Positions 39,101 through 51,600 of a stretch of DNA of 64,000 bases are shown here, piece by piece. The position numbers were made by a program, and so were the translations under genes. The DNA comes from Nemertoderma westbladi. Taxonomy: Eukaryota > Animalia > Xenacoelomorpha. Location of the stretch: contig JAUCBJ010004577.1 of the NCBI GenBank assembly GCA_032718475.1, positions 28,211 through 92,210 on the forward strand. The letters are read 5' to 3'. Position 1 is the first letter of the stretch; every line of letters starts with the position of its first letter. The notes beneath the pieces are model-generated. The model was not told where the DNA came from and did no database searches. It was given only the letters and a program-made list of their open reading frames with translations.

Positions 39101-42100
39101 AGTAGAAGTAGACGAAAACCAACAATACACTAGTAGAAGTAGACGAAAACCAACAATACACTAGTAGAAGTAGACGAAAACCAACAATACACTAGTAGAA
39201 GTATACGAAAACCAACAATACACTAGTAGAAGTAGACGAAAACCAACAATACACTAGTAGAAGTAGACGAAAACCAACAATACACTAGTAGAAGTAGACG
39301 AAAACCAACAATACACTAGTAGAAGTAGACGAAAACCAACAATACACTAGTAGAAGTAGACGAAAACCAACAATACACTAGTAGAAGAAGACGAAAACCA
39401 ACAATACACTAGTAGAAGTAGACGAAAACCAACAATACACTAGTAGAAGTATACGAAAACCAACAATACACTAGTAGAAGTAGACGAAAACCAACAATAC
39501 ACTAGTAGAAGTAGACGAAAACCAACAATACACTAGTAGAAGTAGACGAAAACCAACAATACACTAGTAGAAGTAGACGAAAACCAACAATACACTAGTA
39601 GAAGTAGACGAAAACCAACAATACACTAGTAGAAGTAGACGAAAACCAACAATACACTAGTAGAAGTAGACGAAAACCAACAATACACTAGTAGAAGTAG
39701 ACGAAAACCAACAATACACTAGTAGAAGTAGACGAAAACCAACAATACACTAGTAGAAGTAGACGAAAACCAACAATACACTAGTAGAAGTAGACGAAAA
39801 CCAACAATACACTAGTAGAAGTAGACGAAAACCAACAATACACTAGTAGAAGTAGACGAAAACCAACAATACACTAGTAGAAGTAGACGAAAACCAACAA
39901 TACACTAGTAGAAGTAGACGAAAACCAACAATACACTAGTAGAAGTAGACGAAAACCAACAATACACTAGTAGAAGTAGACGAAAACCAGCAATACACTA
40001 GTAGAAGTAGACGAAAACCAACAATACACTAGTAGAAGTAGACGAAAACCAACAATACACTAGTAGAAGTAGACGAAAACCAACAATACACTAGTAGAAG
40101 TAGACGAAAACCAACAATACACTAGTAGAAGTAGACGAAAACCAACAATACACTAGTAGAAGTAGACGAAAACCAACAATACACTAGTAGAAGTAGACGA
40201 AAACCAACAATACACTAGTAGAAGTAGACGAAAACCAACAATACACTAGTAGAAGTAGACGAAAACCAACAATACACTAGTAGAAGTAGACGAAAACCAA
40301 CAATACACTAGTAGAAGTAGACGAAAACCAACAATACACTAGTAGAAGTAGACGAAAACCAACAATACACTAGTAGAAGTAGACGAAAACCAACAATACA
40401 CTAGTAGAAGTAGACGAAAACCAACAATACACTAGTAGAAGTAGACGAAAACCAACAATACACTAGTAGAAGTAGACGAAAACCAGCAATACACTAGTAG
40501 AAGTAGACGAAAACCAACAATACACTAGTAGAAGTAGACGAAAACCAACAATACACTAGTAGAAGTAGACGAAAACCAACAATACACTAGTAGAAGTAGA
40601 CGAAAACCAACAATACACTAGTAGAAGTAGACGAAAACCAGCAATACACTAGTAGAAGTAGACAAAAACCAACAATACACTAGTAGAAGTAGACGAAAAG
40701 CAACAATACACTAGTATAAGTAGACGAAAACCAACAATACACTAGTATAAGTAAACGAAAATCAGCAATACACTAGTAGAAGTAGACGAAAACCAACAAT
40801 ACACTAGTAGAAGTATACGAAAACCAACAATACACTAGTAGAAGTAGACGAAAACCAGCAATACACTAGTAGAAGTAGACAAAAACCAACAATACACTAG
40901 TAGAAGTAGACGAAAACCAACAATACACTAGTAGAAGAAGACGAAAACCAACAATACACGAGTAGAAGTAGACGAAAACCAACAATACACTAGTCGAAGT
41001 AGACGAAAACCAACAATACACTAGTAGAAGTAGACGAAAACCAACAATACACTAGTAGAAATAAACGAAAACCAACAATACACTAGTAGAAGTAGACGAA
41101 AACCAACAATACACTAGTAGAAGTAGACGAAAAGCAACAATACACTAGTAGAAGTTGACGAAAACCAACAATACACCAGTAGAAGTAAACGAAAATCAGC
41201 AATACACTAGTAGAAGTAGACAAAAACCAACAATACACTAGTAGAAGTAGACAAAAACCAACAATACACTAGTAGAAATAAACGAAAACCAACAATACAC
41301 TAGTAGAAGTAGACGAAAACCAACAATACACTAGTAGAAGCAGACGAAAACCAACAATACACTAGTAGAAGAAGACGAAAACCAACAATACACGAGTAGA
41401 AGTAGACGAAAACCAACAATACACTAGTCGAAGTAGACGAAAACCAACAATACACTAGTAGAAGTAGACGAAAACCAACAATACACTAGTAGAAGAAGAC
41501 GAAAACCAACAATACACTAGTAGAAGTAGACGAAAACCAACAATACACTAGTAGAAGTAGACGGAAACCAACAATACACTAGTAGAAGAAGACGAAAACC
41601 AACAATACACTAGTAGAAGTAGACGAAAACCAACAATACACTAGTAGAAGTAGACGGAAACCAACAATACACTAGTAGAAGAAGACGAAAACCAACAATA
41701 CACTAGTAAAAGTAGACGAAAACCAACAATACACTAGTAGAAGTAGACGGAAACCAACAATACACTAGTAGAAGAAGACGAAAACCAACAATACACTAGT
41801 AAAAGTAGACGAAAACCAACAATACACTAGTAGAAGTAGACGGAAACCAACAATACACTAGTAGAAGTAGACGAAAATCAACAATACACTAGTAGAAGAA
41901 GACGAAAACCAACAATACACGAGTAGAAGTAGACGAAAACCAACAATACACTAGTCGAAGTAGACGAAAACCAACAATACACTAGTAGAAGTAGACGAAA
42001 ACCAACAATACACTAGTAGAAGAAGACGAAAACCAACAATACACTAGTAAAAGTAGACGAAAACCAACAATACACTAGTAGAAGTAGACGAAAACCAACA

Positions 42101-43593
42101 ATACACTAGTAGAAGAAGACGAAAACCAACAATACACTAGTAAAAGTAGACGAAAACCAACAATACACTAGTAGAAGTAGACGGAAACCAACAATACACT
42201 AGTAGAAGTAGACGAAAATCAGCAATACACTAGTAGAAGAAGACGAAAACCAACAATACACGAGTAGAAGTAGACGAAAACCAACAATACACTAGTAGAA
42301 GTAGACGAAAACCAGCAATACACTAGTCGAAGTAGACGAAAACCAACAATACACTAGTAGAAGTAGACGAAAACCAACAATACACTAGTAGAAATAAACG
42401 AAAACCAACAATACACTAGTAGAAGTAGACGAAAACCAACAATACACTAGTAGAAGTAGACGAAAAGCAACAATACACTAGTAGAAGTTGACGAAAACCA
42501 ACAATACACCAGTAGAAGTAAACGAAAATCAGCAATACACTAGTAGAAGTAGACGAAAACCAACAATACACTAGTAGAAGTAGACGAAAACCAACAATAC
42601 ACTAGTAGAAGTAGACGAAAACCAACAATACACTAGTAGAAGTAGACGAAAACCAACAATCACTAGTAGAAGTAGACGAAAACCAACAATACACTAGTAG
42701 AAATAAACGAAAACCAACAATACACTAGTAGAAGTAGACGAAAACCAACAATACACTAGTAGAAGTAGACGAAAACCAACAATACACTAGTAGAAATAAA
42801 CGAAAACCAACAATACACTAGTAGAAGTAGACGAAAACCAACAATACACTAGTAGAAGTAGACGAAAAGCAACAATACACTAGTAGAAGTTGACGAAAAC
42901 CAACAATACACCAGTAGAAGTAAACGAAAATCAGCAATACACTAGTAGAAGTAGACGAAAACCAACAATACACTAGTAGAAGTAGACGAAAACCAACAAT
43001 ACACTAGTAGAAGTAGACGAAAACCAACAATACACTAGAAGAAGTAGACGAAAACCAACAATACACGAGTAGAAGAAGACGAAAACCAACAATACACTAG
43101 AAGTAGACGAAAACCAACAATACACTAGTAGAAGTATACGAAAACCAACAATACACGAGTAGAAGTAGACGAAAACCAACAATACACTAGTAGAAGAAGA
43201 CGAAAACCAACAATACACTAGAAGTAGACGAAAACCAACAATACACTAGTAGAAGTAGACGAAAACCAACAATACACTAGTAGAAGTAGACGAAAACCAA
43301 CAATACACTAGTAGAAGTAGACGAAAACCAACAATACACTAGTAGAAGTAGACGAAAACCAACAATACACTAGTAGAAGAAGACGAAAACCAACAATACA
43401 CTAGAAGTAGACGAAAACCAACAATACACTAGTAGAAGTATACGAAAACCAACAATACACGAGTAGAAGTAGACGAAAACCAACAATACACTTGTAGAAG
43501 TAGACGAAAAGCAACAATACACTAGTAGAAGTAGACGAAAACCAACAATACACTAGTAGAAGTAAACGAAAACCAGCAATACACTAGTAGAAG
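21151..43593. repeat. Satellite 2: 31-bp tandem repeat ACTAGTAGAAGTAGACGAAAACCAACAATAC, ~720 copies (~22.4 kb), intronic
   Basis: Continuous tandem array seen directly, with a near-perfect core at ~37450-40600 and more variant flanks. Confidence 0.98.
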
Positions 43594-44243
43594 CAAAGGA
43601 TTGTATGCTTGAGCATGTGGACGACTTCTGTTACCTGGGATCATGGATCCGGAAGTCAGGTGAGAACTTTCGAATACGTAAGGGAAAGGCATGGGCAGCC
43701 TTGAATAGGCTTTCCAGGATTTGGAAGTCACCGAGAATTAATCGGAAACTTAAGGTCCGATTATTTAAAGCAGCAGTAGTTCCAGTACTCCTCTATGGGA
43801 GTCCATGCTGGGCTCTAACTGCTGAGGACACCATATCTCTGGATGGCACATTCACAAGAATGCTACGCCGGGTTCATTGTGTCAAGTACAATGCACACAT
43901 CTCCAACCAGACACTATATAACATTGGAGGTGTCTCATTGGTTCCCCCAAGCTTGACACTACAACAAAGTCGCCTCCGCTTTGCAGGACATTGCTTTCGC
44001 CGTGAGGACCAGCCAGTGAATAATCTTGTGCTTTGGCAGCCTCATGGAGTGAATACGCATGGTGGACAGCCCATGACTTTCTTGAGACGCATCTTAAAGG
44101 ACACTGGCCTTGAAGATGCGGATGATCTAGCAAATGTCATGGATGATAGGGAGTTGTGGCGGCGCAATTTTGTCGAAAAGCAGGCACAGCATTCTTAAAA
44201 ATGCAGCTGCAATGCAGCATGCCGATCCTAGTAGTAGTAGTAG
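43594..44243 (+). mobile_element. RTE-clade LINE 3' end (RT domain 7 and C-terminal region) with (TAG)n tail
   Basis: ORF 43605..44198 has DDFCYLGSWI, LFKAAVVPVLLYGS..W, RLRFAGHCFRR and DRELWR. It is followed by a short 3'UTR ending GCCGATCC(TAG)5. Confidence 0.9.
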
Positions 44244-44640
44244 CGCAAGTATCTGAGCTATTGTTGATCTATTTGGTCGAAATCCGTTTTAGCTCTTACG
44301 CAGTAGTTTCTCTATGTGAGGCCTAATCCTATATAGAATCATTTTATTGTATATTTTAGCAGCTACCACAAGCAGACAGATTCCACAATAGTTTGTTGGT
44401 ATACCGATGTCTCCTTTCTTGGGGAGAGGCTTTAGTTGACCTTTAGTCCAAATTGGTGGTGTCTTTTCCCCTTTTAACATCCCGTTGCAAACATTCAATA
44501 ATGGTCTGTTTAGCACTCCAATTTTCCATACCTCCGCTGGGATTTCATCTAATCCACTCGCTTTATTATTGGACATGCTTTTAATGCTTCTTTGGAGTTC
44601 GGCAGGTGTGAAGTCCCCTGTTTCTATGAGGTAGTGTCTT
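44244..44640 (-). mobile_element. RTE-clade LINE fragment (RT domains 0-2)
   Basis: FTPAELQRSIKSMSNNKASGLDEIPAEVWK...PLPKKGD...NYCGICLL...KS*NGFRPNRSTIAQILAL, ending at the (TAG)n tail of the + strand copy. Confidence 0.85.
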
Positions 44641-44699
44641 GTCATATAATTTCCTTGTATGGCTGACCTCGATGTGCTGCTTATATGATATAAGTATTC

Positions 44700-45250
44700 G
44701 GAGATCTGCTGACGACCTCCGAATAAGAAAGGGTAAGCCGTGGTCTGGTTACTCTGGTTAACACCTGGAATCAGTCCTTCTCTGAAGGTAAAGATATTGC
44801 GGGCAGCAGTAGAGCCTGTGCTGCTATATGGTAGTCCCTGTTGGGATCTTACAGCAGAAGGCACGAGATCCCTTGACGGTACATACTACATACTCCACGA
44901 CGCTGCACATGTCATTCTGGTTCATGACATCATATACATTGCAAAGTTACAAAACGAGGCATTGTACAAACTCGGTAGTGACTGAGAATTGCCAAAGCCC
45001 AACACCACCCTTCAGACAATACAAATTGAGACTTTCCAGCCACTGTAGTAGTAGTAGTAGCAGTAGTAGTAGTACCAGTACTCTGTCTAGTCCACAATGG
45101 GCTCTAACGGCTGAGGATACTAAATATCTGGATGGCACTTATTACAAGAATGCTACGCCGGGTTCACTGTGTCAAGTACAATGCACACATCTCCATTCAG
45201 ACACTATATAACATTGGAGGTGTCTCATTAGTCTCCCCTAGGTTGACATG
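44700..45250 (+). mobile_element. Two adjacent degraded RTE 3' fragments separated by a (TAG)n run
   Basis: LKVKILRAAVEPVLLYGSPCW at 44780-44845 and a TAG run at 45045-45073. Bases 45060-45250 are near-identical to 43772-43955 (TRMLRRVHCVKYNAHIS). Confidence 0.75.
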
Positions 45251-45596
45251 TAAATTCCTCCCTCACCAGGGGAGAGAATCGACGCAAATGACAGCTGTTT
45301 ACTCCCAAAAATAAAACTGTAACCTGTTCTATTGGCTTTCATTTATTGTTTTGGTTAGAATAACGTGTCACTGTAACATGCTAATTCCCATTTCTTAAGG
45401 GGAATCTGATATTTGATAAGAGTGCCATAGGAGCATTGCATAAATAGAACAAGTAGGCAAGCTAACGAAGTAGTAGAGCATACAAGTACTCCGATTACAG
45501 CGTTATCGGGATAGACGAGTCAGTCTCGTGCTGCGCGAAGGCCCCACGAAAATGTTTCACTAACTACTACTGTATATTATAACCATTAGAAGTGAA

Positions 45597-46785
45597 TACT
45601 ACTACTACTAGGTCGAGCGAACTCGGACAGTGGAAATGAGATCCTTCCAGGCTGCCCGATTCTCCATAGTTGTCGCAATTTCGTTTCTCCCAAGTTCAGT
45701 ATCCCTTTCAAGTTGATCTATATATGTTATAGCCGGTCGTCCACGACTACGCTTTCCATGAGTTGGTTGCCAGAAAACTAGATCTGGTATGACCTCGTCT
45801 TTACTTCTCCAGCAGTGCCCACTGAATTTTAATCTGCGTTCACGGAGGGTGGTTGATCACAGGTGGTATTGTACCATAAAGCTCGGCATTTGTCATGTGT
45901 TGTCTCCAGCTGAAGTTTAGGGATGCCCTTAGTATTAGTAGTCTTGTGTAGCAACCATCAATTCGTTGTTCAAGTGATTTAGTCAGTGTTCAGGTCTCAC
46001 CCCCGTATAAAAATACACTTTCCACTGTGGCTCGAAAGAACTTAGTCTTCAGATGCCTGGAGAGATCTGATTTCCAGATGGTATCCATTTTTGATAGAGC
46101 TACCCAAGCCTTTGCTTTCCTAACTTCTATGTCCTTTTTGCTACTCTCTATCCAAGATCCTAGGTACTGGAAGTCGTCAACCTTCCTTAGTTGATTATTA
46201 TTATCAATTGTTGTCAAGTTTACATTAACATTAAAAGTCATGAATTCTGTCTTGGTAGCATTTATATGCAATCCAACCTCCTTAGCAGCCCTCTCCACTG
46301 TATTTAGTAGAAGCTGTGCATCTGCTAGCGTATTACTACTACTAGGATCGGCATGCTGCTAGCGTATTAGAGAGCAGGGCGATGTCATCCGAAAAGTCGG
46401 TGTATGTGACTGTAGTTGCCGGATATCTACTACTTCTGCTTTCGTGTAGTGTGAATCCCACAGATCCTCACCTTTTTTGGCCGTCTTCATTGCGTAATCC
46501 AGTACAATTACAAATAGTAAGGGCGCCAATGTGTCACCCTGCAGTACGCCAGTCAGGATTGATTGAGAAAACTCAGTTTCACCATCTGGTGAGAGTACCT
46601 GAGCTTCTGTGCCACAATAAAACAATCCAATGCCAGCCACAATTATTTCTGGTATTCCATAAGCTTTTAGAATTTCAAGCATTTTACCTCTATGGATGGA
46701 GTCGAATGCCTTCTTGAAGTCCACAAAAGTCATGACTGCGGGGAGATTCTTTGATTTAATTCCCTCAATCAGTCTCCATACTTTT
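45597..46785 (-). mobile_element. 5'-truncated RTE-clade LINE (RT domains 3-7, C-terminus, (TAG)n tail), disrupted
   Basis: RLIEGIK...FVDFKKAFDSI, GVLQGDTLAP, SRSSRYPATTVTYTDFSDDIALLS, GLHINATKT, DFQYLGSWI. The tail CTACTACTACTA is at ~45597-45610. Confidence 0.9.
46322..46369 (-). mobile_element. 20-bp RTE 3'-terminal insertion (46336-46355) flanked by 14-bp TSD CTGCTAGCGTATTA
   Basis: The insert's reverse complement CATGCCGATCCTAGTAGTAG equals 44218-44237. Direct repeats lie at 46322-46335 and 46356-46369. Confidence 0.9.
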
Positions 46786-47434
46786 ATCCTTATTGGATAA
46801 ATAACTGCTACAAAAGAGATACCCAAACCTAAAAGTGCAAACTGGAGGTCTGGGTGTATAATATGGGGTGCGGAAAATGTTAATTGAAAAATATGTCATA
46901 TAAATGATAATAACAGGTCCTACAAATTGTTTTAAAAATATGTAATAAGGTATGAAAGGGTGTATAAATGACTTCACCAGCTCTCATTGCTCTAATATGT
47001 AATGTAAAAGCTTCTGCCCAAGGTTGATAATATAATAGATAAATCTAACCAAAACAACAGGAAACTATAGTTGGATGCGGGACTCAAGTGGATGAATGAC
47101 GCAAATAAACAACGAGTTTGCATGTAACTAAGAAATGGGCTTAAAATATAAGGAACAAGGCGTGAAGTTGCATGTACGCCATGTATTAGTTAGTCGAGGA
47201 ACTAACATATTATTTGCCTCACAAAATAAAACATAATATAAACCAAATTTCAGCAACAGAAAAGGCGTTGCGTTAGGTAGCCCATGTTATTGTTAGGTAC
47301 TAGTACGCCATGTCGACACCCCTGACCAATTTTTGTACTATGTATTTTATTGGTATAGGTTTTGAAGTGGAAATACTAGCTTGTACTGATCTTAGTTAAA
47401 TGAAGGCCCTCGTAATAAAAGGCCTGCTCACTTC

Positions 47435-48225
47435 ACTACATTACTGTATGTACTGTACGTACATTACTACATTACTGCATGTACTGTACGTACATTACTA
47501 CATTACTGTATGTACTGTACGTACATTACTACATTACTGTATGTACTGTACGTACATTACCACATTACTGTATGTACTGTACGTACATTACTGTATGTAC
47601 TGTACGTACATTACTACATTACTGTATGTACTGTACGTACATTACTACCATTATATTACTGCTCACTACATTACTGTATGTACTGTACGTACATTACTAT
47701 ATTACTGTATGTACTGTACGTACATTACTGTATGTACTGTACGTACATTACTACATTACTGTATGTACTGTACGTACATTACTACATTACTGTATGTACT
47801 GTACGTACATTACTACATTACTGTATGTACTGTACGTACATTACTACATTACTGTATGTACTGTACGTACATTACTGTATGTACTGTACGTACATTACTA
47901 CATTACTGTATGTACTGTACGTACATTACTACATTACTGTATGTACTGTACGTACATTACTACATTACTGTATGTACTGTACGTACATTACTACATTACT
48001 GTATGTACGTACATTACTACATTACTGTATGTACTGTACGTACATTACTACCATTATATTACTACTCACTACATTACTGTATGTACGTACATTACTACAT
48101 TACTGTATGTACTGTACGTACATTACTACATTACTGTATGTACGTACATTACTACATTACTGTATGTACTGTACGTACATTACTACATTATAATACTGAT
48201 CACTACAATACTGTATGTACTGTAC
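47435..48225. repeat. Minisatellite 3 (31/23-bp units, TACATTACTGTATGTACTGTACGTACATTAC), left part
   Basis: Tandem array with 8-bp modular indels, interrupted by the Gypsy element. Confidence 0.95.
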
Positions 48226-48275
48226 TGGTATAGTATCAACTAACTCATATAACATATAATGTACATGTACTGTAC

Positions 48276-48576
48276 TGGTATAGTATCAACTAACTCATAT
48301 AACATATAATGTACTTGTACAATGTAGGCACTATTAATTACATAATAACCGCAATAATCCCCACCCCACATTAGTCCCACTATCACTGGGATATTGCCAA
48401 CTCTTCCTAATGATTCGTTTCATATGGACCATCAGGTCAAACAGTAATTATTATATTATGAGTTATCTGGTGGTGGTGTCACGTTTAACATCGTATAATA
48501 TATTTGTCATTTGTTGAGATAAAAATAATGTTTAAGATTAAAACAATAAACTACGTATTATAACCAAACTATACTA
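48276..48576 (+). repeat. 5' LTR (TGGTATAGT...ACTATACTA)
   Basis: Direct repeat of 53494-53795; by eye about 3 substitutions and 1 indel. Confidence 0.92.
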
Positions 48577-48590
48577 TGGCGCAGTGTGTA
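48577..48590 (+). promoter_or_regulatory. Primer-binding site TGGCGCAG..., probably tRNA-Ser
   Basis: TGG immediately follows the 5' LTR. TGGCGCAG complements the ...CUGCGCCA end of eukaryotic tRNA-Ser(UGA)-type tRNAs (tRNA identity is inference). Confidence 0.7.
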
Positions 48591-48671
48591 GTAACTAAAT
48601 TTAGAATTTAGAAACTATTGCTATTAGATTATTCAGTGTTTTAAATTATATTAATATTAAAAATATTAAAT

Positions 48672-51600
48672 ATGGCCACGTACGACGTTGACGCCACAAT
48701 CAAAAGATTGAAGGCCAGTAGAAGAGGTTTTAAAGCCAATTGCACACGTTCGGAAAACGTGCTCAAATCAGAAATCAATGAATTCGAGATTCTTGACTCA
48801 GATAACCGCGGCTATGTTGAGCTAGAAGCACTGGAGACTGCACTAAATATGTTTCTGAGCGCTAACGAGAAATATGTATCGTGTCACAATGAAATATCGG
48901 AGCTCGAGGACTCTGAAGATGTAGCCACCGAGCAGGCAGTTACTAATGCTCAGAGATCAGCCATCTATTACGCCAAAAATATTGCAAAAAAGCGGGAAGC
49001 AATACAGGGCCATAGAATGTGCATAGAGACATCCAACATCTCTGCAGCAACACACGATAAGGCAAAGCCACGTCGCATGGAGACACCATCATTAAGATCA
49101 CCTATAGACCTCAAGCTAGCTGATTTTGATGATTGGCACCAACGTTGGAAGGATTTCGCAGCAGCTACAAGGCTAAATGATTCAGATCTTGATGCACGAA
49201 GGGGAGCACTGCGATCTACGCTGATCCCGAATGGACCAAGCTATGGACCGAGAGCATCATAGACATAACACCAGATGATGACGTAAATACACTCGTCAAA
49301 TTACTCAGGGTATATTTACGAGGTGAACGCCATGAACTGCTAGACCGTGTTGCCTTTGTACAACGGAAACAACAGCCAGGAGACAACGTTACACAATACT
49401 ATATGACACTGCAAATGCTAGACCGTGTTTGCGATTTTGAAGAAGTATGCGACAATGCCGACATACATAGGCATGATCAATTATTGACACAATTCGTAGC
49501 TGAGTTACGAGACCCAAAGTCCCGTCAGGAAGTGCTTAAAACACCCATGAAAAAGTTAACGATGCCAGATGTGCTTACATTAACTAAAGCCCTAGAGTCA
49601 AGCCAGATAGTTGACAACGAATTGGTAAAGCCAAAAACTTCAACAATGCTCGCACTTGGATCTGACCACAATATTGAAATATGCGCTCTCGGGAAATCAT
49701 CTTATAAGACACAGACACGTCAGCAATACAGGAGGAGCGATGTCGTTGACGGCAAATACTCCAGCACTTGTGGAAGATACGGTCGCATTCACGATATAGA
49801 CAAATGCGCAGCTAAACATATCGTATGTTTTAATTGTGGTATCAAAGGTCATCTGTCTAAGATGTGCCACTCTAAAAGGAGGTCCGCACAAAGCAGCAAT
49901 CAATTTAATAGCATTTATGTAAAGACAACTTCATCCATATCTTCTGTGCACAATGGTGACTCACGGCTGATAAAACTTGAAACAAGCAATAGAAATAATA
50001 AAAGCCGTCATGGCTTATTGCACTGGTTAGCTGATACTGGAGCTAAGCGAAACGCTATTAGTTTGCAAGATCTAGCCGACTTAGGTGGTAATGAAGCCGT
50101 TGGTGGCATACAGATGACACCCGACGACGACATCCTTCTTGGGCCCGACGGCAAACAGCTTGAGTCACATGGAAAAGTGCAGCTCATACTTAAAGTGAAT
50201 AATAAGGAATACAACACAACTGTCCACGTCTTAGATACAGACGACACCCGACGACGACATCCTTCTTGGGCCCGACGGCAAACAGCTTGAGTCACATGGA
50301 AAAGTGCAGCTCATACTTAAAGTGAATAATAAGGAATACAACACAACTGTCCACGTCTTAGCCTAATTACCCATTGTTAAGCGCTGAAGGTTGCGAAGAA
50401 CTTGGCCTCATCCCAAAATATTGGCCACATAATAGATGCGATGGACGTTGCAAGGAAGCGATATCGGCGCTGTCATTACAAAGACAACCACCCAAACCAT
50501 TAACTTGTTTCGAGAATGAAACAGATAAAAACGCCAAGCAACTATGTAAGGACAAACCTAATTGTTCTAAGGAGAGACTTATTAACGAATTCCCAGAAGT
50601 ATTCGCAGATGAAGGCCCACTACGACCAATGGTAGGACCACCCATGGACATCAAGCTAGAGGAGGGCGCAATCCCAACTAAAAAGGTCAAGCCATATAGT
50701 ATCCCCATACATTGGGAAAAGCAGGTAAAGAATAATCTAGAAAAGATGGAGCTGGATGGTATAGTTAGAGAAGTACCCATAACTGAAACTACAGACTGGA
50801 TACATCCAATGGTTGTGGTGGCAAAACAGAATTCCACTGAGCCCCGAATAACAGTCGACCTAACTGCTCTAAATAGATATGTAAAACGCCCAGTACACCC
50901 AACCAGAACTCCGAGCAAAGAGGTAGCCAAGATACCTGGTGGGATGAAAATTTTTACAACAATGGACTCCCGCCACGGGTATTGGCAAGTTGCCCTAACG
51001 AAAGAAGAGGGCGCCTTGACAACCTTCCTCACCCCATGGGGAAGATACCAATATCTACGGAACCCAATGGGCCTATCAAGCGCAGAGGACGAACATGATT
51101 CTAGAGGTGATGATGCCTTAGATGGTATGGATAACATTAAAAAGGTCGTGGAATATATTATCATATATGACTCAAATGAATCAGATCATGAACAGCACGT
51201 CCGTTCTATATTGAAACGCCTTAAGGAAACGGGAATTACCCTTAACAAACGGAAATTTGTATACGGAGAACCACAGGTCGAATGGTGTGGTTTCCTAATC
51301 AATGGAGACGGTACACAGTAAACCCATCACTTACATATGCGCTCCGCAGATTCCCAGAACCACAGTCATCAACAGACATAAGGTCATTCTGCGGTCTAAT
51401 ACAGCAGTTCGCTTCATTTACCACTGAATTAGCCGAATTAGCACAGCCACTAACAGCATTGACATCTACTAAAACACCATTCGTGTGGGAAGCAGATCAT
51501 AAAAAACGCATTCAAATCTATAATTGATATTCTCGTATCACCACGGGTTCTTACTAATTATCGCCCAGGAGCATCATTGCGTTTAGAAACTGACGCCGCC

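Noticed and set aside
21151-43593. CRISPR-like 29-31 bp repeats
   Set aside because: The repeats are head-to-tail with no unique spacers, there are no cas genes, and the context is eukaryotic.
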